Source: Camelus dromedarius
Lineage: Eukaryota
Direction of reading: 5' to 3'
Assembly (NCBI RefSeq): GCF_036321535.1
Contig: NC_087436.1
Coordinates: 119,910,001-119,974,000, forward strand
DNA length: 64,000 nt
Shown: positions 49,771-61,552 of the stretch, piece by piece
How positions within the stretch are numbered: the first letter of the stretch is position 1
Layout of the letters: each line of letters begins with the position of its first letter
Program-made: the position numbers and the translations under genes
The notes under the pieces: model-generated
Told to the model about the DNA's origin: nothing
The model's input: the letters and a program-made list of their open reading frames with translations, nothing else
The model's database searches: none

Positions 49771-52700
49771 TGTGCTGAGGGAGAGCTGGCCAAAGCTAGC
49801 TCCGTGACCACTGTGGCTTTTGACCTCTGAAGACTCCGATTTCCTTGCCAGCGCAACGCTGCACTTTAAAATACTTTTGGATGCATTTAATGAAGCTTTG
49901 TTGTTGGTTCTGGGGTGAGGAAGGAGGTGGACGCGGTCTGGCCTGCTGCCTTCCCAGTGCAAGGACGCCTCCCCAGGTGGACTTTTCGGGATAACCTGTG
50001 ACTTCACACCTGCCTGCAGCCTCTGTGCAGTTCTGTTCCTCACACATTTGTCAAACACCTTTGCTTCTCTGTGTTCATCCTGGTGGGGGCTAAGTCAGGG
50101 TGTGGGGGGCACGGGGAACGCACAGCTGGGTCGTGTAGACCCACCTGGGGTGGGGGCCGCTGCTTGTAGACCATTGGCAGTGGAACAGCCTGGCAAACCC
50201 ACGAACCACCCTTTAGGGGTGGCCTCGGTGGAGACGGTCCGGGGACCTGCATCAGCAAAGTCGCTGAGAGGCCACAGGTGGGGCGCCCAGGGCGGGGAGG
50301 GCAGGACGCCTTGGGGCCAGAGAGGGGGCGTTGGCTTCATAAGTCGTGGTGCAGGGCTTCTTTAATTGCAAGCCTTGAGCTCGGACCAGTCCATTTCCAT
50401 TCCCATGAACCATCCCTTCTTATGATAATTTACTCTTTAAAACTGAGTTTCCTTGCCTTGAATATAAAGATCCTATAACTCTATAAGGTGAGCTGCAGTA
50501 GAGTTATTCCAACGAGGAGCTACTTTAAATCACAGGACAATTTGCTTTTTGTGCCCTGTTGGAGAAGAGAGGTTTGGGTCTTTTTAGCGATGGATAAGAT
50601 CTATTCAAACCCATTTGACTGTGGATGACACTTTTAAAGTATTGATTAAATGATCGTCTCTGTGGCCTTAAGACTTCGGCGATTGTAACTCAGGCACTGA
50701 AAAGGTTCCATGGCGTTCTGGCATCTGGGCCTGACTCCTTGCTCCTGGCCTTCTGCTGGGAGTGGTTGCTTCCCAGACCTGCGAAGATTCATCGACCCCT
50801 CTCAGAATTTTTCAGGGCGCCTCTCCGGCAGCAGGCTTTCTAAGAAGGCATCGCTTCTGCATCTTCTCCAGAACAGGGAGGGGTGTCCTCTGGCCTTGGG
50901 GCCGTCTCTTCGGGCTCTGCTGGACCTGCCCCATTTGCGCCAACTTCATCCTGCCCCCTACGGAGTGGACGTGGCACGTGGCAGGCCTCCAGGACAGCGA
51001 GGGCCAAGCTGCTGGCCATGACCCCACGCGTAGCGTCCACTGACGCGTCGTTAGTCTGCAGTCACACACTGCTGCAGAGTATTATGGGGGCGCCCAAGGC
51101 TGACGGGGACCCCTTCACTGCACTCCTGAATAGACGGGCGGGGGCGGGGGCGGGGCGGCCCCCGGTGCACCGGGCTCTTTGCACTGAGCTTTTCCTTTGA
51201 AGCTGTCTAACTACTAGCGCTGAGCTTAGTGCCCGAGAGCCCCAGGACCAGAATCAACCTTCCTGTCACCTGTTTGTGGACAGAAAGCCCTGCTGATAGC
51301 TTTTGATTTTGGGTATTTTCATTGCCTGTGTGGTGCGGCCACGGATTTACACGCAGGAAGGCGTGGGTTGCCATCCTCAAACTGATCTCTCTGGGTCTCC
51401 GGTGTTCGTTATTGTGTATTTCTCGTTAGCCATTCAACAATGAAACAATGAGTCCAGCATCTAAACCAGTGCGTCGTCAGAGACGCGCTCTGCTCTGGAG
51501 GCGGGGTCCTCAGGCTGAGGTGGAGGAGTCACCTGGGAGAGTCCTTATGTCAGGACTGCCCTGCCTCCCGGTTCAGCCCATGTCGCTCTTCCTCCGTGAA
51601 GCCCTCTGTAAGTCGTGTCTCCATCCTGCCGCCCCTGCTTGGTCCTGAGAACATCCCAGACCCCTGGTGTGACAGAGATGACCTCAACTCATCCTTCTGA
51701 CGGCTCTGTGCGCTGGGAATTCGTATCTTGGTCTCACAGACAAAACTGGGGCTCAGAGAAGGAAGGGACTTTCTCTCAAGGTAACTACATCCAATCGTGG
51801 GTGGATCTGAGATTCCAGCAAGTCTCTCTGGGTGTCTCCTCTGGGCCACCCTGTGTCTCCAGGATTTCAGAGCAGATGGAATCTGAGAGTGACGCTGATG
51901 TCCATGCTGGTTCTGTTGATGAGCCGGTCAGGGCTTGAACCTGCCAAGCCCGCTCCTGGGAGGAAGAGGCGGGAGCTCCTGCACCCTCGGCCGGCAGCTG
52001 CCCTTAATCCATCCTCTAGGAGTCAGCCCTGCTCCAGAGCCAGAGGTGACCACGCCCCAGGACACCCCCGACCCTGGCCCTTCTCAGCCTCCCCGTTCAC
52101 TGTCCTCCCCCGACACCCAGCACGGTGCTTCCCGAGCAAGTGCTCTGGGCGGGAGCTGACCTTTAGGGCTGCCACGGCCTCCTCGGGGATGTCTGTCCTT
52201 GATCTGAGGGTGGTTCTGCCTTCTTTGGGGGCATGAAAGTGTCCTTTTTTCTATGAATTGGTGGTTGAGGATAGTCATTTTCCTTTAATAATTTCCCTTG
52301 GAAAAATAAAAAGCATAAGCTAGTAAGGGGCCCACTGAGGTTCTCGTGGACAGTGCTGGCCTCTGCGGAGCCTGGAGGCCTGGGGACAGGGCCCCACCAG
52401 CCTGCAGACCTGCCTGCGTGACCACTGTGTGCTGAGTGAAGCTTTTCACCACCAGGTCACCGCCATCCCAGCCGGGGTCCCCCTGCTCCCCAGTCTTCTG
52501 CTTCCCCTGGTGAGGTGTGAGTCCTCAGCACTCCACTCAGCTGTCACCACCTCCAGGAAGCCTCCCTGATACGCCCTGTAGACTTAGATACTCCCTGCTG
52601 GACTCTCCCCCCATCCCTGGCTTCCTCCCCCTCACCTTTCCTCACTGTGTTATGAAGGGCTTTTCTCCTCTAGACCCTGAGCTTCTGGAGGGCAGGGGCC

Positions 52701-53149
52701 ACGTCCTGGCCTGTGCCCTTGGCCCCAGGTCTGGCGTATAAGTGGTCAGAATGGAGATGTCAGGCCCGCGCACCCGTGAGCACAGACGCAGCTCCAGAGA
52801 AGGGCGGGGCCGCTCCAGTAGCCCCCCATCAGCTCAGGATAGGCTTCGGGGGGTGAGATGGGGCCCAGCCGGCGGTGAGGGGCTCAGCTGGTCACCCTCT
52901 CGGTGACGTCCCTGGTCGGCACCCCCACCCCAGCCTGGGGTCCGTCTGACTCTGCCTCCCTCTTTGTATTTTACTTTTGGCCAATGCAACCTGGCATCTC
53001 GTTTTCCTTCATTATTTGGCAATTGTGCTCAGGGTGAACAGCTCCACTGAATTCTGACCATAATCGTCCACAAGCCCATTTTTCAGTCTCCAGGCTGACG
53101 ATTAGCCCGCTAACACCCTCTCCCCGGACTGCGTCCCCGGGGCCCCAGA

Positions 53150-53600
53150 CTAATTACTGCAAACGTGCTAAGTCAAGTTCACAGCGTCGGGGACTTTTCT
53201 GGAAACCTCACCAGCTCTGAAATTGCCGAGTGTCAGTGCGTTCAGAAGACGCAGGTAGCTGCACCGAGCGGCAGCTTGCTGGAGAAGGAGACTTCGCGAG
53301 TCAGGCTCCCGCCCAGGCCCGCGGCCCTGCCCCGCGTGTGCCCCCCGCACCGGGCGGACGGCCCCGAGCCGCCCGTCGTCGTCGTCGGAGGCACGTGGGG
53401 GTGGGACGCGGGGCTGGGCGCTACGGCCGCGGCTCCGTCCTGTCTGGGACCATCTGTCTCCGTGTCCGCACCCAATCCTGCCGCCCGTCGCGGGGCGCTC
53501 AGAGTGAGGCCCCGAGCGCTTCGTTTCACGCCTTGTTGGCATAGTCAGAACTGACCGCTCCCGTGCTGGCCGGGGCCTCGCAGACGAGCAGCCCCGGTCT
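53150..53600. promoter_or_regulatory. CpG-rich island-like patch
   Basis: Dense CG dinucleotides (gccgcccgtcgtcgtcgtcgg; gccgcccgtcgcggggcg) in sequence with no recognisable repeat. Confidence 0.55.
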
Positions 53601-53694
53601 TGTCTTAAAAACTCCCAGGTCCTTCCTCCTGCGGCTGGGGGAGTGGGGGTTCCTAGGGCCCTCAGGTGCCTCAAGATGCAGACCAAGTTGGGGG

Positions 53695-53905
53695 GTGTCT
53701 GTGTGTGTGTGTGTCTGTGTGTGTGTGTGGTGTGTGTGTAATCTGTGGTACGTAGTGTGTGTGTGTGTAACGTGTGGTACGTGGTGTGTGTGTGGTATGT
53801 GTGTAACGTGTGGTACGTGGTGTGTGTGTGGGGTGTGTGTGATGTGTGGTACGTGGTGTGTGTGTGGGGTGTGTGTAATGTGTGGCATGTGTGGTGTGTG
53901 TGTGG
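53695..53905. repeat. TG-rich minisatellite with a ~37-bp unit
   Basis: Repeated gtgtgtaacgtgtggtacgtggtgtgtgtgtgg-type units. Confidence 0.85.
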
Positions 53906-54708
53906 GGGGGCATGTTTGATGCTCACTTTTCCCAGGCAGCCAGCCCATTCCCCCCATCAGGTTCTCAGAGGGTTTAGAACCTGCCCTGTGGGAGGGGGAG
54001 GGGGAGGGGGAAGCAGGGAGGGGTGTGAGCAGTTAATCCCCAGGGTCTGCAGGACCTGGTGCTGGGGGCTTTTAGATGTGTTCTTTCACCTGTTCCTTCA
54101 GTCACTGGTGGTTCAGAAGGCTTTCTAGTCAGTGGGCGCCTGGCCACGCACCCACACCCGCTCACCGCCTCCCCCTGCACGTGCACGGATGCCGGGGAAA
54201 TGAGGGTGCTGGCGCCGTGCTGCAGTGCCCTGCTCCTGCAGCTGCCGGTGCCGTGAAAAACGCAGACACTGGGGCTGAGATGACGGTTTTCTCCAAAGGA
54301 CTCTGCATCTCAGACCAGAAACCGTGAGCACCAGGCACGCTGTGCAGAGGCCGCAGGGAACCGGGGCTTCCTAGCACTGGGTGGGTGTTAAATGGAGCCA
54401 GGAGCTTGGGAGTCTGCAAAGCCCCAAAAAGGAACTTGGGCCAGGGAGCCAGAGTGACCGGGGTCAAGTCTCGCCTGGGGTGGGTGGGGTGGGGTGGTGC
54501 ATTTGGACAAGTCCGGGACCTGCCTGCCAGCGTGGCCCCTCCCACAGCACCAGGCTCCTTCTGGAAATCGGCTGGCCCAGCACTGATGGAAGCGCCCCGC
54601 TGTGCTGGGCCAGAAGCACGTGGGAGAAGCCCTCCAATCGTGGCCATTCGAAGGGTTCACGTACACATTCGGATCAGAGGCCTCGCCGCTCCGCCCATCA
54701 TTGTCCCT

Positions 54709-54990
54709 CCAGAGGGCCAACCCCATGAAGTCGGGACGTGCATGGTTTTTCTCCAGATGGTTGGACAAGAATTAAAAGAATGGTCATCTTTCCCGACACA
54801 TGAAATGATGTTCGGTTTCAGTGAGCAGCCATGAAATTTCCTGGCCCACCCCTAGCCCACCTGTCCACGTGCTGCCCGGGGCTGCTCGTCGCCGTAGCAG
54901 AGCTGAGGAGTTAGGCCTGAGGCTGTGTGGCCTGCAGGCTGGAAGGCTGACTCTCTGGTCCTGTCAGAACGAGGTTGCCAAGCCTGGTTC
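54709..54990. mobile_element. MER58-like DNA transposon
   Basis: gcatggtttttc...cagagctgaggag...tgtggcctgca...ctctctggtcctgtcagaacgaggttgccaagcctg. Confidence 0.55.
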
Positions 54991-55911
54991 TAAGCTCCTA
55001 ACTACCTGTTGGACGGGGCAGGGAACAAGGTTCTGGCTCTGTGCCCTAAGGCTGGTGGCTACTGTCCAGAGCACAGGGACAGGCTGGGCTGGAGGCCCAG
55101 CTGGGTAATTGCAGCCAGGATGTTGGAGTTTTGTTGTAAAACAGGGAGATGAATAGGAGTCCGAGGTGGTTCTGTGGAGGCTGAGGGGTGGAGGCACGGT
55201 GGCTCAGGACTGGGAGGGAGGAGAGGGGCGTGGAGCCGGAATTGAGGCAGGGCGCCCTCCTCCTGCACCCCCCTGGGGCTCCACCAGTGGTGCTTCCTCC
55301 TGCTGCCTCACTCAGTCTGGTCCCCTGCCAGTGTCGGGGCGCAGGCTGGGCCATCTCCACCTCAAGGACCGGCCTCTGCCTGGGTCACCTCGGTGTCCTC
55401 AGCTGCGTGGCCCTGCACGGGGCATAGCGGGCAGGGGAGGGGGTGACATCTGTAGCCCCCTGAGCTTCCGCCTGCATCTCCCAGGCACCAGGCCTGCTCT
55501 GCCGTCTCCACCCGCCCTCCCCGAGTCCCGCGAAGGCGTGACTGGGCACGGCATGCTCAGGTCCCTGCAGGCGCCCCCCCCCCCACCGCACCTCCCCTCC
55601 CAGTCACGGGCCTGTTACGTTGGCAGAGAGCGCTGTCAGTAGTAACCCCTCACATCGCTGCCGCGATCTCCAGTTTGCCGTGTGCTTTCCCGTCCGTGAT
55701 GCCTTTAATCCGGCCCCGCAGGGAGCTGCCGGGGATGAGGGAGATAATGCAAGTGAAGCCCTGGTGCAGGCCTGCCCCGCAGTAGGCACCTGAAAACTGA
55801 TAGCTGTAACTCTAGGAGGGGGAAAGGAGGGGAGGGGGAGGGGAGCGAGGAGGGGCACAGGGAGGGGCCTTCGGCTCTGCCTACCAGGCACCAGGGTCCC
55901 AGGGCCAGTCA

Positions 55912-56040
55912 GGCCCATAGACACTGGGGCCACCCACACTCCAGAGAGGACCCTAGCATTCTGGGCAGAGGGAGTGTTTGTGGAATGAATGACTGGGCAT
56001 CAGGGATCTCAGTCTGGTCGGCTGCCTTAAAAATAGATCT
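55912..56040 (+). repeat. Dispersed direct duplication, copy B (partner 45117-45245)
   Basis: ggcccatagacactggggccacccac...gctgccttaaaaataga is shared with copy A. Confidence 0.9.
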
Positions 56041-56664
56041 TTATTCCTGCTGAGAAATTAAAATACATTTATTGATACTCTACCTCGGCACCAAAAAAAT
56101 GCAAGGGGACTTCTGAGATGACCTAAATAACCCGAGTGAGACAAAAAGAGCAGAAAGGATTGAAGAAAAGAGAGGGGGCGGACAGCTGCTCGGCGGGGCT
56201 GCGTAAATCCAGTAATCTCTGTCTGCTGCCCCTCAGAGGCCCTGCGGCCCGAGCTCCAAGAGGCCGCGGGCGCTGCAGGGACCCAGCTGAGTGTGTGTGC
56301 AGCAGGACGAGCTCAGGGCACCCTGCCACAGGGGCAACACGTCCCCACTCACAGGAGTGTGCAGAGCCACGGCCAGCAGCTGAGGGACACTGGTGCCGAC
56401 GTAAGGACGATTCTGAGGTTAGCATCACGGAAGGGGGCTGTTTGGCACCAAGGGAGCACTTGCATCGCACAGTTTGCCAGAAACGACCCTCAGGTATGCT
56501 GCCTGTGGGAATACCTCAGGCACTGGAAAACTGGGGGTCCCACCAATTCCTCACTCTTTCATTAACTTCCTAGTGCAAGCTGCTAGTCAGGGCCCAGGTG
56601 TGGGACTCTGGTTGGCTGGGTACTGAGTCTGGGCCCTGCCATCCTGAAACTTGCAGTTCTTCTA

Positions 56665-56800
56665 TTCATCCATCTGCCCATCCATCCATCCATCCATTTA
56701 TCCATCCATCCATCCGTCCACTCATCCGTCCATCCATCCACCCACCCACCCACCCATGCCCTTATCTGTTCCCCCCGTTCATCCACCCATGTACTCACCC
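56665..56800. repeat. (CATC)n simple repeat
   Basis: Read directly. Confidence 0.9.
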
Positions 56801-57639
56801 TCCCCGATTCAATACTGATTTATCAGAGATTCACCTGGCACAGCTGTAGGCTCCGGGGAGAGAGCCTTTATCCGGAGGCTTCTTTGAATCTCCGCCTCCC
56901 CTGAGCACCCCCAATGCACACCTACACGAACACACATGCGTGTGCACACACACGCATGCACACACGCACACAGCCCCAGCCCCCGGCTTCCCTCCACCCT
57001 AGCTGGGCTGTCCTGTGTCCTTGTCAGTCACCCTCTGCACCTCAGACCCCCAACAAGGCTCCACGTGGACTAGGTCCCGAGGAAGCCCCACCTCTGGGGT
57101 TGGTTTAGATCACACCATGCCAAAAAGTGAGTTCAATAAGCTGGCCTCAGCCCTGGAGAGGTTTTTTCCTGCCTAATTATAAAATCCATTGCAATAGAGA
57201 TCACGAAACAGAACAACTTGGTTATTATAGGGACATGCTTTATACTCATAACTTAAAGAGCTTATTTTAAAAACTGACTGTAAAACCACTTAATTACTTG
57301 GTTTTAAAACCAGCCATGTGGAAATTATGCTCCCTCGATGTACGTTTTGGAGGGGATTTCTGGCAGAGAGCTCCACGGCAGTGCACGTTGTGCCAGGCTG
57401 CCCGGGACCGCCTCACAGGCGCATGGCCCTGTGCCATCCCCGAGCTGTTCTCACTGCCGCTCTGAGCCTCACAGAGTCCCAGCAGGTAGACGGCTGGTCG
57501 ACCCCTCTCCACTTCAAAGGTGAGGAGCCGAGGGACCAGCAGTAGGAACCCTGTGATGCAGCAGCTCATGAGAGTGAGGCCAGGACAAAACTCTGAATAT
57601 TGTGACTACAAATCTTGTTGTCTTTCCACCGTGCCTACC

Positions 57640-57751
57640 TGCCACCCTTCTGTCCAATCAACCCACCCACCCATCCAAGAGCCACTTATCTGTTATTTAT
57701 CCTTCCATTGATGGTCCCATCCACCCATCCACCTACCCACCCATCCGTTTG

Positions 57752-57786
<35 letters not shown>

Positions 57787-57985
57787 CCACTCATCCACCC
57801 GTCCATGGGCCATTTATCTATATAGCCAGCCAGCCATCATCCACTCATCCATCCATTCATCTGGCCACTTACCCGTATGTTCATCCACCATTAAATCCAC
57901 CCATCTATCCACCTGAACATCTATCCACTCATGCACCTACCCCCCACCGCCACCCATTCATCCCATTATCCATCCATCCATTTGA
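57640..57985. repeat. (CATC)n-like tract with embedded (CA)n
   Basis: Read directly. Confidence 0.9.
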
Positions 57986-58489
57986 CAAGTCTTCATAGGT
58001 AGCGCTCCTCACATACTGAGTTTCTGGGCAAGTGGAGAGAGGCCGGTGGGAATGGAAACCATTCCCAGACCCCAGAGAGCTCACAGCCCCGGGAGCTCAT
58101 AGCCCGCGATCCCGAGGTGGACTACGTTCTGAAGGGGAGGTGTGTACTGGCTTCTGTGGGACTGTGATGGGGGGCTGGGCACCAGAAGGGAGCAAGGAGT
58201 GTTTCACAGGAAAGGGGACGTTTGAGTTGGCCTTGGAAGGGTGTATAGGTGTTGACTATGTGGAAGAGGGAAGGGCATTCTACGCAACACTTCTAGTTCT
58301 GAAGTTCAAGGTCAAGAACCTTGAGGTCAAAATCTGACTCTACCCACCGGCTGTGTTTCTGGGGTTGTCCCAGTCTCCTCACCTGTACAAGGGGAGACTG
58401 TGTCCATGTCCCACTGGTCTCCAGCCAGCCCTGCCTCACCTTCCCTCTGGGACGCACAGCAGTGGGGTGAGACGTTCACCCGGTTTCCC

Positions 58490-58900
58490 CCTCTCTCTTC
58501 ATGATCCTGCCGGATCTCATGGCTTCACAAACCACATATCTGCATACGTGCACCCCAGTTACCCTCAGCCCTGATGCTCCTCAGACTCCACGCTCAGATC
58601 TGCCTCTGTCTGCACGACTCCTGTGGGCCCTCACTAACAGACATCTCAGAGTCGTCCTCCTGCAGACAGAAGTGTTCCCATTGCCTCTCCAGAAGGAGGT
58701 GCCATCCCCCAGCCGGGCCAAAAGCTTCGGCGTCACCCTTGACCCCCTCTGCCTCACAACCCACCTCAAGTGCATCAGCAAGTTCCATGCTGCTGTGTCC
58801 AAACCACACCCTCTCACCCCACACTCCGCATCCTCAGTCAAGCCACCCCATCCCCTCCACATCCTCCCAGCAGGCATTTCCACTTAGAACAGCCCGGGAG
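58490..58900 (+). mobile_element. L2 remnant
   Basis: tctcatggcttcacaaaccac...aacagacatctcaga...ccaaaagcttcggcgtcacccttgac. Confidence 0.6.
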
Positions 58901-59312
58901 CTTCTGGCCAGAAGTACCTCTCTCTGACTGGCCACTTCTTTAGTCCACACTCAAGGACGGGGCAGGAAATTTCCTGTCCTGGCCTCAGCATTAGGCAGCC
59001 AAGGGTCTTAGCTCAGTCCCGTGGGCTGTGGACCGTGGGGAGGTGGCTCTCTCTCCTCGAACGAAAGTGTCCCTAACTGTAAAGTAAGGCATTTGGACTA
59101 AATGTTGCGCCCTCTCTGTTCCAAGTCCTCATGGTGAAAACGGCTGGCAGGGTGTCCCTGCTGTGCTCCTGAGGGAGTCCGGAGGCTCTGCCAAGGGCCA
59201 GTGTCTGGCTGACACTCATACGTCCTAATGCACCCACATTAGGGGCCGCTTTTAAGAATGCACCTGCGTGTGCGTGCATCTGTGTGTGCTTGTGTGTGAT
59301 TTAAAACACTTT

Positions 59313-59484
59313 GGAAGGTGAGGGTACAGCTCAGTGGTAGAGTGTGTGCTTAGCATGCACGAGGTCCTGGGTTCAGTCCCCAGTACCTCCATCAAAAAAT
59401 AAATAAATTAACCTAATTACCTGTCCCCCTCAAACAGAAAACAAAACAAAACTCTCCAGGATGTTGCACCTTAAAAAATAAAAA
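59313..59484 (+). mobile_element. tRNA-derived SINE (Vic-1-like) with extended 3' tail
   Basis: gagggtacagctcagtggtagagtgtgtgcttagcatgcacgaggtcctgggttcagtccccagtacctcc, followed by A-rich tails. Confidence 0.9.
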
Positions 59485-60367
59485 CAGTCTTGGCAGACTG
59501 TGCCAGCCCCTCCCCCACCGTCCCCCGCCGCCCGGAGGTGGAGCCGCGTCCTCCTGGGTCTCTAGCCCGCCCGGCCCCTCCTCCTCCTCCTCCCTGTGTC
59601 TTGGGCTGGGGACCCCTGGGCATTTCTCAGCCCTAAACCCTCTTTAGCTGCGGAAGGCTTCGAGCCGGTTGGAGGACACCGTTCCCAGGCCAGCCTCTCC
59701 CACAGCATCACTACCGTTTCCCTCTTTCTCAAAAATACGAGGCAGCGGCCTGGGCTTTTGCAGAGAGCAGAGCCTCCCTTTATCACGGGGCATGGCTCAG
59801 TGTGTGGCCCCTGGTCTGCGGTGCTTTTCAGCCTCCCGCCGACCTGAGTTTTCACAGTGGCTGCTTGTTCACTCCTGCAGCCCCTGCTGATGGGGTCCTG
59901 CCTGCCGGGGCCCTGGGGACAGCGTGGCTGAGGCCCCCTGCTCTCCAGAACCTGCCTTGCCTGGGGAGATGGCCACTTGGAGACAACGCACCGAACCTAG
60001 TCGAGTTGTCCAGACGAAGAGCCTGAGGCAGGGATGGGTGCACGTGAGCTCTCGGGAGAAAGCTGAGGGGAAGAAGTGGCTGCAGAAGGCTGTGGTCCTC
60101 AGCCCAGGTCTGGTCCACGGCCAGCTGAGGTGTGTGAAACAGAGTCGCCCCTCCTTGAGACAGGGGACTGGCCGTTCCCCTACCCCCGTCCATGAACACT
60201 GTCTGGGGTCCTCCAGGGGGAGGGTACAAACTCCCAGGCCAGGGCTCCCATCAGCCGAGGGCAGTTTTCTGAGAAAGGGGTAAGCCGTGAGCTGTTGGCC
60301 AACAGCAGCAGTACAGGGTCTGGGACTCAGCACAGAGTCGGCCCCGAGGCGCATGGCACCATCCAGG

Positions 60368-60880
60368 TGTCGACTGAAACAAAATTCACAGCCTGTAAGC
60401 TGAGAGTTGAGTTTTATTCTGCGCACTTTCTGAGGACTTCAAGCCCAGGAGGTGGCCTCTCAGATCGCTCTAAGAGACTGCTCCACAGAGGCAGGGGAGA
60501 CGCCAGGATGTACAGGAGCGTTTGCCACAAAGACCAGGTAGTCGGAACATCCAAAGATTACTGTTAATTTAAGAAAACCAGACATCTCAAGATAAGGAAA
60601 TTAGTGCTTTTCTGCGTGTGGGAAGGTGCAAAGGTCTGGGCTCACTGGAACCGTTCCTTTGATGTGCACCTCAGCTGTCCAGGGCTGGTGCCTGTTCTTG
60701 CACATCCCAAGTCCCCTGTGGGGGGCACCGCTGTGGGGGTGGCAGAGGCGGGCTGCCTGCCTGTCTGCGTCCTGAGCTTCCTCCGCTCACTGCCGGGGGT
60801 GGGGGTGGCGGCAGCGGCTGGTGACTTGACGGCGCAGCATCCTGTGTCTGCCGACGTGGCTGTAGTACTTTTCATCCACA
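60368..60880 (-). mobile_element. MER41-like (cetartiodactyl ERV1) solo LTR
   Basis: Termini tgtcgactg...catccaca and 4-bp TSD cagg/cggg (one mismatch). The phrase aaagattactgttaat...aaaaccagacatctcaag recalls MER41-like LTRs. Confidence 0.75.
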
Positions 60881-61510
60881 CGGGCAGGTGTTTGTTCCAC
60901 GAGCTCGATGCTGCGACGCAGCGGGCTTTGTCTTGGCTCCTGGAGGCCGGCCTGCAGGTTGGCAGGGCAGGACTTATTTTGCGTTCTTACAGGTTAGAAA
61001 CGGAAGCACAGGCCTGGGGGTTGGCGAGGGGACCGAGGGTCCCCAGGCAGGGTCCCTTCCCCGCTGCTCTGCCACCTGGACAGGCCAGCAGCTCAGCTCT
61101 CCTGCTCCTTGGTCAAGAGGACTCCAGGCCACCCTGAGTGGCCCACCTCCCGCTGCCACCTTGTCGGCCACCCCCATAGCTAATCCACCACCAAGAGACC
61201 CCGGGAGGCAGGAGCCAGCGAAGAGAGGAGGTGACAGACTGTTGACAAGACAGGCACAGAGACCTGGGTCCCCTCCAGCTCTGGCCTCTGTGGGGAAGGG
61301 ACTCCCAAATCCCCTTTGAACCTCAGACGCCGCCCCTATCGGCGGGCTTGTGTCCGCCATGGGCAGCGTGGCCAGGCCCCGCGGGGATACGGGCGGCCTG
61401 TCCAGCCCAGGGCCGGCCTGTGGGCGGCGCTCAGTAAACAGGAGCAGTGGAATCTTCTTGGTTCTTCTGAAGCCTTCCTTAACCACGCCTTCCCCTCATT
61501 TGTAAAGTGC

Positions 61511-61513
<3 letters not shown>

Positions 61514-61541
<28 letters not shown>

Positions 61542-61552
61542 CTGTGTGTGTG
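61514..61552. repeat. (TG)n microsatellite
   Basis: Read directly. Confidence 0.9.
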
